Source of the DNA: a virus
Length of the DNA stretch: 64,000 bases
Direction: 5' to 3' (one strand)
IMG/VR virus record: IMGVR_UViG_3300042731_006431
Location: 2,886 to 66,885 of that record
Position 1 is the stretch's first letter, and each line of letters opens with the position of its first letter. Of this stretch, positions 1 through 10,590 are shown piece by piece. The translations under genes were made by a program, and so were the position numbers. A model generated the notes under the pieces. The model was not told where the DNA came from and made no database searches. It was given only the letters and a program-made list of their open reading frames with translations.

Positions 1-2
1 TT

Positions 3-185
3 ATAAAAACATGCACAGATCAAGTATCACAATTGCCTGATAATCATTACTATAAACAAATCATCCTTGATGCATGTAACCGATGGTATGGTGATAATCA
101 AGATGGCAGTATAAATACACCACCTAAGAGTGAAAAAGATAGAGCAAATTTGTTTAAATGTTTTATTAGTAAGTTGGAGGAGTAA
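3..185 (+). CDS. 3' end of a hypothetical gene, truncated by the window edge
   Basis: Open frame from the window start (IKTCTDQVSQLP...SKLEE) to TAA at 183-185; its end carries GGAGG, the RBS of the next gene. Confidence 0.6.
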   Translation: MKTCTDQVSQLPDNHYYKQIILDACNRWYGDNQDGSINTPPKSEKDRANLFKCFISKLEE

Positions 186-189
186 GTAA

Positions 190-1137
190 ATGAAAACATT
201 AGAGTTATCTGAACATTTAGAAAGATCGAAACTAATCATTGAACCTGATAAAAGAATAGAGGAAAAAGCAACCATTGAAGAGCCAAAAATTTATGGTTAT
301 AAATCGGATGAGATAATTGAGTATGAAAACAAAATTAAAACAGAAAATAAAAAAATAAAAATAGAAAACGCTTTATTAACCCGAAAAGAACCGTATTTAT
401 TTAAACCTCATCTATTAAATAAATCTTATTGTGCTTTATATAAAGAAATAATAGATATTTTAGAATTAAACCACATACGATATACAGTCATAACAAGAGA
501 AGAATATCAAAATATTTTTAATAAATGTGTTGTGTATCCAAAAAGTGAGATTGAAGGAATTTTTAAAGTTAAACTGCCCGACGAGATAACTGGCTTAAAG
601 TTGCCACTATGGATGACTTACTCTATTTATAGTAATTTCTGGAGTGACAAAAAGCCCTATGTATTAGATATAATTCCTAAAACAAATTATTTAAAAACAG
701 TAATATATAATTATTATACCAGTGAAACAACTTCATTTAAGAACTTTACCTCAGACCGTTACACCGTGTGGGATTATCCAGAAGAGTTATATACAGACGA
801 ATTACAATATAATGATTTAGGTTGCAAACCAGGTAATAACAATAAAAAATTATCTTTTTATATCAACCCAGAAACAATACCAATAGTGCCTAAACGGCTA
901 AATCATATAATAGAATTAATACCAGACTACAGAAAAAGAGGAATTCACATAGGGTTTATGCCTGGTTATAAAACAGAACTGAATTCTTTTAGAGAGCCAC
1001 AGACACTCGAATTTATTGATGACCCATTTATTTATTTTGAAAGTGTTGAGAAGTTTAGTGCAAGCGACGACCCTATTATAGTTTTTGGATGGTGGAATAA
1101 GAGCGGGTCAAGTTTAGATATATACAATAATGAATAG
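190..1137 (+). CDS. hypothetical protein, paralog of 51786..52694
   Basis: Shared motifs TLELS, IYG.KS, GxKLPxWMT, PxVPKR, FMPxY, DDPFIY, PIIVFGxWNKS. Confidence 0.8.
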   Translation: MKTLELSEHLERSKLIIEPDKRIEEKATIEEPKIYGYKSDEIIEYENKIKTENKKIKIENALLTRKEPYLFKPHLLNKSYCALYKEIIDILELNHIRYTVITREEYQNIFNKCVVYPKSEIEGIFKVKLPDEITGLKLPLWMTYSIYSNFWSDKKPYVLDIIPKTNYLKTVIYNYYTSETTSFKNFTSDRYTVWDYPEELYTDELQYNDLGCKPGNNNKKLSFYINPETIPIVPKRLNHIIELIPDYRKRGIHIGFMPGYKTELNSFREPQTLEFIDDPFIYFESVEKFSASDDPIIVFGWWNKSGSSLDIYNNE

Positions 1138-1151
1138 TTTCAATTGGAGGA

Positions 1152-4100
1152 ATGATGGAAAATGCAAACGAATCAGTTATGGATGTTGTTATAAAAACAT
1201 TAGAAATCAATAACGACGCTATTGAAAGGTTAAGGAAAATAATGACAGTATTAGTATTTTTACTTGGTATACTATTATATATATTAGGCATTGAAGTCGG
1301 CATAAAATACCAAAAAAGTAAGTGTAAACTTGGAAAGTGTAAGTATTACACTCCTACTTGGTTTAATGATTGAGGATAAATTATGGAATTATCAAATGTA
1401 GTAAAGCGATACTTAAATTCTAAGAAGAGCATAAAACGATTTTGTGTAAAAAGATATAAGACTACATGTACAAAGGAAAAACTATCAAAATATAAAAATT
1501 TTAGTTGTTTCAAATTTACATTCTATGAGGAGATGTTGTATTATGATATATCATATGTGGATAAAAAAACAGGTGAATATCTTTATGGTAAGGGTGTGAT
1601 TGATTTTACAAAGGAGTAAGTTGTGAAAGAAAATAAAAAAGAATTGACGGAAGAACAAAAGAAAATACTTATTGACTTCCATAACAAAATCGTTGATTCA
1701 CAAATAGATATGGAGCCAGAAATGATCAAGATATTAGATGATAATTTCTGGGAGTCATTAGCATGAGTAAAGCGAGTAAAATACTAAGAAATTTAGCTAA
1801 TAAAATAGATGATATGTCACCAGATGAATTTGAGAAAAATTTTGGAAAAAATGTTGATATATCAAATTATATAGGAGTGGTGATGGATGATCAAATTAAA
1901 CAAGCTGATGAAATATTAAATAGACTAAATTATTGGTTTGTGCCTGGAAAAGGTTATATGCATATTTCTTATATGCATGATATAGATTATGAAAAAGCTG
2001 GTTTAAACAAAAATAACCTTAAGACATGTATTAATTGTGGTTTAAGATTTATGCCAGATGAAATATTAGATGATGATAGCCCGTATTGTTGTGGAGAATG
2101 TGATCAATATCGAATATAGGAGTAAGTGATGATTAATGACCGTACTTTTAATAAGTTGATAGATCTTGTATCTTTTATACTCGTTAAAGAACATGAAGGT
2201 TTAACTTATGATGAACTATGCGAAAAAATAAGATTTTTAAACGATTGCTTTTATGAAGAATATCATGATTTTATAATTTGTTATGATATTTGGTGGGATG
2301 AAATAGGAATTTCACCAAGCGATGAAGAAGTTTTATTATATTTAAAAAAGTTAGTTGAAAGAAGTTCTGAAATTTCTAAACATCGTAAACGAATTTTTGA
2401 GGAAAGATTTAGTATGTATGATGGTAAAATTCATGACTGGAATACATATGGTGAATTTAACAGCGCTGAGATTGAATTGATAGATAGACGATTATATTTA
2501 ATTAAAGGGGATGAGAATGGAAAAAACAATTGATGACAACGATATAAAATACAAGTACTGGTATTGTCCATGTAAGATATTTACAAAAGACAAGGGGGTG
2601 GGAATGACAGAGATATGGAGGAAAGAACCAGAAGATTTAAATGAATATGAAAAAGTAAAAAATATTAAGGATTTTATCAAAAATAATGATAGCAATATAA
2701 AAAGTGTATATGTTCTTAATTGGATTGAAGTATCAAAAGATGCTTATGAAGCTGCAGCAAAAAGGTATCACAATGAAAGTAGTAATTAACGGATATTTTG
2801 GCTGGTTTAACTTGCCTTATGAAATAAAAGAGATATTAGAAAATAAATATCCTGAATTATATAATCAATTTATTGGAGATGGTGATAGCCCTTCATTTAG
2901 ATCTAATCCAATACTTATAGATCTTGTAGAAAAATATTTAGAATCTGATATTTGTGATACATGTTATAAAGAAAATTTATATATAATAGAAATACCAGAC
3001 GGCATAAATTTTGTTATATTTAATTATGATGGAGTTGAAACCATTGTTGAAGTTGGTTATTATTGGCCTAAAGATTAATTTGTGAGGTTCGTATGAATGA
3101 ATACACTAAAATAAAATCAACTAATTCATATTTAGAGTGCGAATGTCCTATTTGTGGGAAAAGTGAATTTTCATTTGATGTGAATTTTCATTTTTCTAAA
3201 ACTGAGGTAAAAGATTATATATGGTCTTGTGATCGTTGTTTACACAGAATAGAATTTGTATGTAATCCAAATAAAGATATATTATGGAAAGATCTGGGCA
3301 AACAAAATGAATTAAAACTTGTTGTCCTAAAAATAGATTTGGAAAAACCGTTGTATGTATTAGTAGAAGATAGATATTGCTCTGGAGAGGTCAAAGATAC
3401 TAAATATTACTACGAAGAACACACATGTCCTACTAATGTGACTCATGATATAATTAAATACGTGTATGATAATGATGATGATCCACATGGAATATTTGAA
3501 TTTGTAGCTTGCATACCAACAACTCATGATGAAATGGGAAATATTAAGGATGATTGGAATTCAAAAGAAATATCACAGTTTTTTACTTCAAAATTCAATA
3601 ATCAAAAATATTTGTTTGGTTAAATCTAATTATATAGTGAGGTTTATATGAGATTAACAGATGAGCAATTTATCCGAATTAAGGATATTTTAAAAAATCC
3701 TTATAGTTTGATTACATATAATGAAGAGACTGATAAAATGTATTGGAAAGAAAAATTGAGGTCAAGTCTTGATAAAGAAATCAGTAGTGTTTATACTAAA
3801 AAAATAGTAATAGAAAATGGTAACATGCTTTTAACATTTGAATACAACATATCTAATGATATAGTAAATACAGAAATAGATTATATACACGGAAAATTAT
3901 TAATAGGTGATGACCCTATTTATGTCACTGATGAACAAATTAATGAATTGTTTGAAGCTTTTAATCGGAGTTTGCCGGTACGTAAAAAACACTTTGAAAC
4001 ACTTAAGGAAATGAATATAAATTACCAATAGGGGGAGTTATGAAAGTATTAAAAGAAATACCCAAATTTATTTTGCAATCTATAATAATATTGATTGGGT

Positions 4101-4291
4101 TGTGGGGTGCGTTTTGTTCAGTAGTATTTTTTGTGATAATATTCTGGTATTTATTGAGTTTTACAAGTATAATAGATGTATATAATGGACCTTCAGGTCA
4201 AGAATTTGCAAGTTATTTTTTTATGGGTGCATTTTCTTTTTTGTTATTTTTTGTTTTTAGTTTTATATATAATGAGATATACAAAAAATAG
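1152..4291 (+). other. run of about 10 small tightly packed hypothetical phage genes, some with Zn-binding CxxC motifs or TM helices
   Basis: ORFs 1152, 1383, 1763, 2126, 2511, 2704/2773, 3093, 3648, 4040 with GGAG/GAGG RBSs and overlapping stop/start codons. Confidence 0.7.
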
Positions 4292-4299
4292 GGGTTTAT

Positions 4300-4962
4300 A
4301 TGAATGAATTGGTAGAAATTAAAGATGGTAAGGTGTTTGCTGCGTCGATTGCAATAGCTAAGGCTTACAATAAAAGACATGTAGAGGTTATGAGAGATAT
4401 TCAAAATCTTGGTTGTAGTAAAAAATTTAAGAAAAAAAATTTTATTGTTTCAAATTATCGTGATATCCGTAATAAAAAAAGACGAATGTATATACTTTCT
4501 GAGGCTGGACAAGCTTTTTTATATATGAGTTATAATTGTGAAACATCTGACATATTTAAAGAGAGTTATATTGAATCGTCTGATAAAACAGAAGCTTTAT
4601 TGTATAAAATTCAAAAAGATTATTCAAACTTAATAGAAGAAATGCAAAAAGTATTTGATGCGGATTTATTAAATTTGGTAGCAAATAATATTAAAGAAAA
4701 TAAAAAATCTTATATTTATATTTTACAGGACAAAACTAATAATTGTTTTAAAATTGGCAGGACAACAAAAATCGATGAAAGAATAAAAATTATCCAAGCT
4801 GGATATCCTAACAAGCTGTATTTGTTATATGTATTTGAAGGTGGTAGTTCAATTGAATCTCATTTACACAGGAAATATTCTAACAAAAGATTAAATGGTG
4901 AATGGTTTAATTTGTCAAAAAATGATATTAATGAAATTAAAAACACTTATGAAAGATGTTAA
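4300..4962 (+). CDS. rha: Rha-family regulator fused to a GIY-YIG-like (T5orf172/MUG113) domain
   Basis: N-term SIAIAKAYNKRHVEVMRDIQNL..FKKKNF..SNY; C-term YIYIL..FKIGRT..RIK..Q.G.P..E.HLH..R.NGEWF. Confidence 0.8.
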   Translation: MNELVEIKDGKVFAASIAIAKAYNKRHVEVMRDIQNLGCSKKFKKKNFIVSNYRDIRNKKRRMYILSEAGQAFLYMSYNCETSDIFKESYIESSDKTEALLYKIQKDYSNLIEEMQKVFDADLLNLVANNIKENKKSYIYILQDKTNNCFKIGRTTKIDERIKIIQAGYPNKLYLLYVFEGGSSIESHLHRKYSNKRLNGEWFNLSKNDINEIKNTYERC

Positions 4963-5397
4963 TAGATTTAGATTGGTGGTCTGATGCAAAAAATAACTTA
5001 TGAGGAATTAGAACAATTAGAACAATTAGAACAGATCTTAGAAAAAATTAAATGCGTTGCTATCAATATTGTTAAACAAACAAATGGTATTTTAATCGAT
5101 AGTGAAAAGGCCATAATTACTATATCAGACTGTAATAACATTACTTTATTTTATCGAGATAAGGACGAGCATAAACAACTTGACATGTCTTTAATTGATC
5201 TATATATTATATCAGATGATGATAAAGAGGTGAAAAATGAAAAAACAAGGTGAGATATTAGATTATATTGATGAGTTATTGGGAAAAAATGAAGAATACG
5301 CAAGTTCGGCTATATTTATAATGAATTCTGATAGAAATATTGGAATAAGACAAGCATTATGGAAGGTTAAAGCTTTTATTTTGGAAGAGACTACATA

Positions 5398-6819
5398 GTG
5401 GACATATTTCAACAAATACAAAAACATATTAACGATAAAATTAACTCCAGAATTGCGAAAAAAAAACAAGCCAAACCAAAGGTAATAACGCTTTCACCAA
5501 ACATATCATTCTATAAATTTGTGACTGAAATATTAGGTTATACATTACTATTACCACATAAAGAGTGGTGCGAATCGATTGATAAACCTTTCACAAAAAA
5601 ACTATTATTAAAACCACGTGGTACATACAAGAGTACAATATACACAAAGGCTTATTCATTATATAGATTAATGAAAAACCCTAATATGAGGATATTAATA
5701 ATTTCAAGTACGTTTGAAAATGCAAGCGACTTTATGACCAATATACAAAATATTATACTTTCTCATTCATGGTTTCAAAAATATAATATAGGTTTTAAAA
5801 ATAAAAATCAAAGGTCATTAAATCTAACTATTAGAAACGAATATCATTCGCGTGAACCAAATTTAATGGCTATAGGAACGTTTTCACGGTCATTAGTTGG
5901 TAGACACTTTGATTTAATTATATGTGACGACATAGTGAATAATGACGATCGAGAATCTCAAAATGCACGAGACAAAAAGAAACGCTGGTTTCAAGATGTT
6001 TTCAGTTTGCTTGATCCAGGAGGTCAAGTGTTAGTTGTAGGAACACGATGGCATTTTAATGACTTATACGATACGCTTATTAATGAAAAGAAGTGGCCTC
6101 ATGAAATCGAAACGCCTATGAATAAAGATGGCACATGCAGATTTGAGCCAATACTAACAGAAGAGATATTACAAGAGAAGGAATTTGAACTCGGCACAAT
6201 TCATTATAGTTCACAGTATTGGAACAACCCACTTCCCGAGGGCAGTGCTGTATTCTATAAAAAGTATTTCGAAAAGGGTTATGATATTAATGTCAACAAA
6301 AAGAATCTAACTTTTTACGGATACTGTGATCTTGCTTTAGGTCAATCTAAAACATCAGATTATACTGCAATAATAACACTTGCTACTGATGGAGAATTTT
6401 ATTATGTATATGATGTTATGCTTGAAAGGTTAACACCTGATCATACTATACAAAGAATAATAACTTTATTTGATATATATAATTATAAGAATTTTGGAGT
6501 TGAAGATAATTTATTTCAGACGCTTTTTAAAGAATCATTGAAAAATGAGATGCAGCGACAAGGTAAAAGACACCATATCTATATACATGGTGTTAAAAAT
6601 ACGAAAAAGAAAGAGGTAAGAATTGAAACTATACAGCCATATTTAGCAAGAGGTTTATTATTATTTCCTTCTGATTGGAAAGATAGAGTAGAGTTTACTT
6701 TGCTTATTGATCAGATGTTACACTTTCCAGTAGCTGACCATGATGATGGTCCAGACGCTTTGGAAGGTGTTTTGAGTGTTGCAAGGACTGCAAATAAAAT
6801 GAGTTTAAAAATAGGGTGA
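5398..6819 (+). CDS. terL: terminase large subunit
   Basis: Walker A-like PRGTYKST, Walker B LIICDD, VGTRWH, RNase H-like DLA..DYTA and C-terminal HDDGPDAL. Confidence 0.92.
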   Translation: MDIFQQIQKHINDKINSRIAKKKQAKPKVITLSPNISFYKFVTEILGYTLLLPHKEWCESIDKPFTKKLLLKPRGTYKSTIYTKAYSLYRLMKNPNMRILIISSTFENASDFMTNIQNIILSHSWFQKYNIGFKNKNQRSLNLTIRNEYHSREPNLMAIGTFSRSLVGRHFDLIICDDIVNNDDRESQNARDKKKRWFQDVFSLLDPGGQVLVVGTRWHFNDLYDTLINEKKWPHEIETPMNKDGTCRFEPILTEEILQEKEFELGTIHYSSQYWNNPLPEGSAVFYKKYFEKGYDINVNKKNLTFYGYCDLALGQSKTSDYTAIITLATDGEFYYVYDVMLERLTPDHTIQRIITLFDIYNYKNFGVEDNLFQTLFKESLKNEMQRQGKRHHIYIHGVKNTKKKEVRIETIQPYLARGLLLFPSDWKDRVEFTLLIDQMLHFPVADHDDGPDALEGVLSVARTANKMSLKIG

Positions 6820-6844
6820 CATTTTTTATTTATTTTGTTATATT
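6816..6844 (+). promoter_or_regulatory. sigma70-like promoter for accessory genes between terL and portal
   Basis: GTGACA-N17-TATATT with TG upstream of the -10. Confidence 0.45.
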
Positions 6845-6877
6845 ATATATGTGGTTTAAATTTGTGGAGGATTAAAA

Positions 6878-7426
6878 ATGTACATTTATATAATTATAGT
6901 GGCAATAAGTTTGGTTTTACTTATTGGTTATAATATCAAAGAGTATAGATCAAGTAAAATTAGATGGTATAGTTATACTAAAGATGATTTTATTTTATCC
7001 TTTTTTAGTTGGTTATTTATAATGATTCTAATTCTATCTTTTACCATACTAATTCATTATGGGATAGTTTCCAGTTCAAATATAATGATAGAAGCAACTG
7101 TCAAAATAACAGACCATGAAATAGTATCAATAAAACAAGATGGTGAAACACAAGGGCAAATGACTATGTTTATAATTGGAAGTGGCTTTATAAATGAAAC
7201 TCAATACTATTTCTTTTATGAACAGCAAGGTAAAAATAGATATAAACTAAACAAAGTACCTACTGATAATTCAATTATTATCGAAAGTGATGCTACACCA
7301 AGCTATAAATATTTTAATTATGAACCACATCAAAGCTGTTATGATTGGATATTATTTTGTTCTGTTCAAGATAAATATGAAATTTATGTGCCGTTTGGTA
7401 CTATAATTAAAGATTTTAAACTATAG
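6878..7426 (+). CDS. hypothetical membrane protein
   Basis: Two N-terminal hydrophobic helices followed by a soluble domain. Confidence 0.65.
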   Translation: MYIYIIIVAISLVLLIGYNIKEYRSSKIRWYSYTKDDFILSFFSWLFIMILILSFTILIHYGIVSSSNIMIEATVKITDHEIVSIKQDGETQGQMTMFIIGSGFINETQYYFFYEQQGKNRYKLNKVPTDNSIIIESDATPSYKYFNYEPHQSCYDWILFCSVQDKYEIYVPFGTIIKDFKL

Positions 7427-7435
7427 GAGTATTTT

Positions 7436-7765
7436 ATGTCAGCTACTTTATTTTTTGTTGGGTTAATGGTGTTAATATTTATAGCGTGTACAATCATAGG
7501 ATTGGCATTTGGTGATATTTTTGTTAACTTTATACTTTTGATTGCATCAATATTAATTTTATTGGTTAGTGTTGTATTAGTGATATCATTTGGAGCTATT
7601 GATTATAATAAATACTGTACTATTGTAGATAAAAAAGTTGATAATGACAAATATATAGTATATTATAAACATAATACTTTTTTAATATATGAAAAAGAAG
7701 TGTCACCTAAAGTTTATTCGAATTCAAAAATTGGTGTACGTACATTTTATCCTTATTTGTATTAG
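7436..7765 (+). CDS. membrane protein, paralog of 8174..8512
   Basis: 2 TM helices then TIVDK..KY.VYY..NTF...EV....Y....IG. Confidence 0.7.
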   Translation: MSATLFFVGLMVLIFIACTIIGLAFGDIFVNFILLIASILILLVSVVLVISFGAIDYNKYCTIVDKKVDNDKYIVYYKHNTFLIYEKEVSPKVYSNSKIGVRTFYPYLY

Positions 7766-7776
7766 GGTTGTAAATT

Positions 7777-8184
7777 ATGAAAGAAAATTTAAGGTGTTTG
7801 CAAGGTATTTATACTACATATTCATGGTCATCAACTTTTTTAAAAATAGACAAAAAGAACATTGAAAAAGATGGATATTATAGATTTGTTTGCGATATCA
7901 ACGATATTACTTTTACTGATGATGAAGAGTATATATTAGTGTTATATACAGATGATGGTAAAGATGAAATAATAAGAAAAAAAATAAAAGCATCTGATCT
8001 ATTTGAATATATTGAGTATTGTTATCGTGGTACTCAATCGATTATAACGTGGCTAAATAGGGAATCGATAATAGATAATATATCATTTGGGATAATTATA
8101 GATGAGGAATCACTTGGTTCAATTGAATGCTCTGTTAAGATAGATAGGGTTGATGTACAAACTATATTAGATTATGAGGTGTAA
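7777..8184 (+). CDS. diverged paralog of the capsid-adjacent protein 14182..14586
   Basis: DGYYRFVCDI vs DGFYRFVVDI; ASDLF vs AADLF; YRGTQSIITWLN vs YRGQATITRWIN; SIECSV vs SITCEV. Confidence 0.8.
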   Translation: MKENLRCLQGIYTTYSWSSTFLKIDKKNIEKDGYYRFVCDINDITFTDDEEYILVLYTDDGKDEIIRKKIKASDLFEYIEYCYRGTQSIITWLNRESIIDNISFGIIIDEESLGSIECSVKIDRVDVQTILDYEV

Positions 8185-8512
8185 GATGTTAATATCAATT
8201 TTTTTAATAATATTTAGTTTAATATTAATTATTTGTTTAATTGTGGCGGTAACATCGTTTGAGATGGACAATTTTTTATTCCCGGGCAGTCTTATAATAA
8301 TGTTTGCAACTATAATTTTTGCTATCAGTTTGCATTTTACTGATGTAAATTCATTTCATACTATTATAGATAAAACGCAAGTAGGCAACCGTTATCTAAT
8401 ATATTATCAGCGCAATACGTTTATAATAAGTGAAATAGAAGTTGATGAAAAGAATTATAATTGTGCTAATATTGGGCAACGGTATAATTATGATTGGAAT
8501 TATTGTAGATAA
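8174..8512 (+). CDS. membrane protein, paralog of 7436..7765
   Basis: 2 TM helices then TIIDK..RYLIYY..NTF...EV. Confidence 0.7.
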   Translation: MRCKMLISIFLIIFSLILIICLIVAVTSFEMDNFLFPGSLIIMFATIIFAISLHFTDVNSFHTIIDKTQVGNRYLIYYQRNTFIISEIEVDEKNYNCANIGQRYNYDWNYCR

Positions 8513-8806
8513 TTGAGGTTTAAAATGAAAGAAAATGAAGAGAAAACACATGGTATCTTTGATATCATATTTTTGTTTGGGATGTTTTTTTATGAAAATT
8601 GGATGGTGCAACTGAGCTTAAATATAATATTTGAAAAGATATTTGCTATTGATTTTAATCTTTCTTATTGGCAAACACTTGCCCTTTCTGTTTGCTTTGC
8701 TTTGATGAGATTAGATCCTTTAAAAAGGGGATATAGGGAAGTTCAGTATTCGATTGTAATATTTCCATTTCTTCTTTATATTATTATATGGGCTTGTTTA
8801 AGGTAA
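8513..8806 (+). CDS. membrane protein, paralog of 37960..38277
   Basis: VQLSLNIIFEKIFAIDFNL vs VMLSFNMIADKILVIDFRL. Confidence 0.6.
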   Translation: MRFKMKENEEKTHGIFDIIFLFGMFFYENWMVQLSLNIIFEKIFAIDFNLSYWQTLALSVCFALMRLDPLKRGYREVQYSIVIFPFLLYIIIWACLR

Positions 8807-9170
8807 GGTGTGAAATGAAAGAAAGAAGTGAAAAATTACTTAAATTAATTGAGTCAGTTCCAGCTGATCAGTGGGAAATAACGGATGTTGATAGTTATAA
8901 TTATATACTTTATAAGAAAATAAAAGCATATATAAAAGATATAAAAATAGTTATCTTTTATAAAAAGTGGTTGCATGTTGAAAGAAAATGGTATGGGAAA
9001 GTAAAAGAAAAAAGGATAGTTAAATTTTATAAATTTTATATTAATGGAGTTAGACAATCTATTTTTAGATTTAATGACGATTTTTTTGATAATTTAATGC
9101 AAAAACGTTCTATGCTAACAGAATCACAAATAAATAAAGTATTGGATGAATTGGAGGGTTAGATGCTTAA

Positions 9171-9892
9171 ATGAAAAAAAATAGAAAGCAAAGAATAAAA
9201 TATTTAATCTACAATCTCGAAGATAAACAAGAAGACATATTTTATGATATAAAATTACATCCTAAGCAGTGGTTTAAATATTTAAACAAAAGAAACAGAT
9301 GGTTGAGCTTGTCATGTAATTTTATTGAAGGTGTGAACTGTCTCCACATTATTATTTTGGGTTGCAAATTACATATTATCGGTTATTATGCAGATATTCA
9401 ACCAAATAATAATTATTATATTTATAATACTGGTTATTTTTATCATCTTTATAATAAGTATGACAAAGTATTTGATGATATTTTGTTTGATGGAGTAGTA
9501 AAATGAAAGACGAGATCAAAGAATTAATAGAAAATCGTGATACAAAACAACAAGAAATTTATAATCACGCAAAACAAAATCCTAAAGAATGGTTTGAATT
9601 TCTTAATGATCAAAATATTTGGCTCAGTTTATATTGTGATTTTATTAAAGATGTAAACCGTATTCATATTATCATTATAGAAAATGATTTATATTTGATT
9701 TGTTATGATGAACAATATTACAATGTCCATCGCTATCACTGCTATAATTTTAATTATACTTACACTCATAAATTTGATAATTATAAACAGTATGTTGATT
9801 ATCATAACGGGTTTTATAAAACAAGAACAGAAGAAATTTTATATTTTAAAAAAGATTATCCTCCGTTTCATTTTACTTGTATGCGGCCTTAA
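9171..9892 (+). CDS. two tandem paralogous hypothetical proteins (9171..9506 and 9503..9892), third copy at the N-terminus of 62455..63249
   Basis: Shared motif KQ..I....K..PK.W...L......LSL.C.F...VN. Confidence 0.75.
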
Positions 9893-9947
9893 ATAATTTA
9901 TATAATAAAAATAAATGATATGATTTAAGAGGAGCTAAATGAATTAA

Positions 9948-10421
9948 ATGACAAATGATGAGCTTGCCAAAAAAAATATAAAACTTCCTGAAATAATTGT
10001 GAACAAATGCTTTAGCACTTACCACGACAAGGACGAACTCCTTTCTCTTGGTTATGATGAACTTTATCAAGCCATTTTAAAACATGACAGAAACCGCCAA
10101 AATACTTTTACCTCATATGCTTACCGGTATATTTGGGGTAAAATGATTAACTACATTAAAAAATCGACTAAACAATACGAATATCAATATATAATTTCGT
10201 ATATAGAGTTTTTAGAAATTTCAAAGCCTGAACACTTAGATATTTTATATGAAATTAAAGAATACCAAAAAAATAACCCATCTATATATCAACAGCGAGT
10301 CATCGATTTATATCTACAAGGATATAGAGCGGTTGAAATTGCTGATAAATTAGGTTTAAAAAGAAGAGTAATATACAACCACCTAAGTAACTTCATAGCT
10401 GCTATCGAAGCAACACTCTAA
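9948..10421 (+). CDS. small sigma-70-family factor (regions 2 and 4)
   Basis: DELLSLG..L.QAI.K.D....FTSYAY.YI.G.M.NYI (region 2) and C-terminal HTH GY...EIADKLG. Confidence 0.75.
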   Translation: MTNDELAKKNIKLPEIIVNKCFSTYHDKDELLSLGYDELYQAILKHDRNRQNTFTSYAYRYIWGKMINYIKKSTKQYEYQYIISYIEFLEISKPEHLDILYEIKEYQKNNPSIYQQRVIDLYLQGYRAVEIADKLGLKRRVIYNHLSNFIAAIEATL

Positions 10422-10463
10422 ATTACATATTTAATACACTTCTGTTAATTTATTTTCCCAAAA

Positions 10464-10497
10464 ATCGCACAAAGTTAAAAGAAATTAGTTATATATT
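10464..10497 (+). promoter_or_regulatory. putative phage late promoter upstream of the portal/head operon
   Basis: ATCGCACAAA-N14-GTTATATATT; same motif and spacing at 28946, 36657, 63650. Confidence 0.75.
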
Positions 10498-10590
10498 ATA
10501 TAGTATGTGCATTTAAAACGGGATCTTTCCAAGTTGATGAAAGTGAGCGTGCTTTTATCACTCGATGTACATGCTAACTGATAAGGAAGT

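Noticed and set aside
5008-5034. TTAGAACAA tandem repeat (LEQ x3)
   Set aside because: In-frame 9-bp microsatellite with no effect on frame; too short for an array
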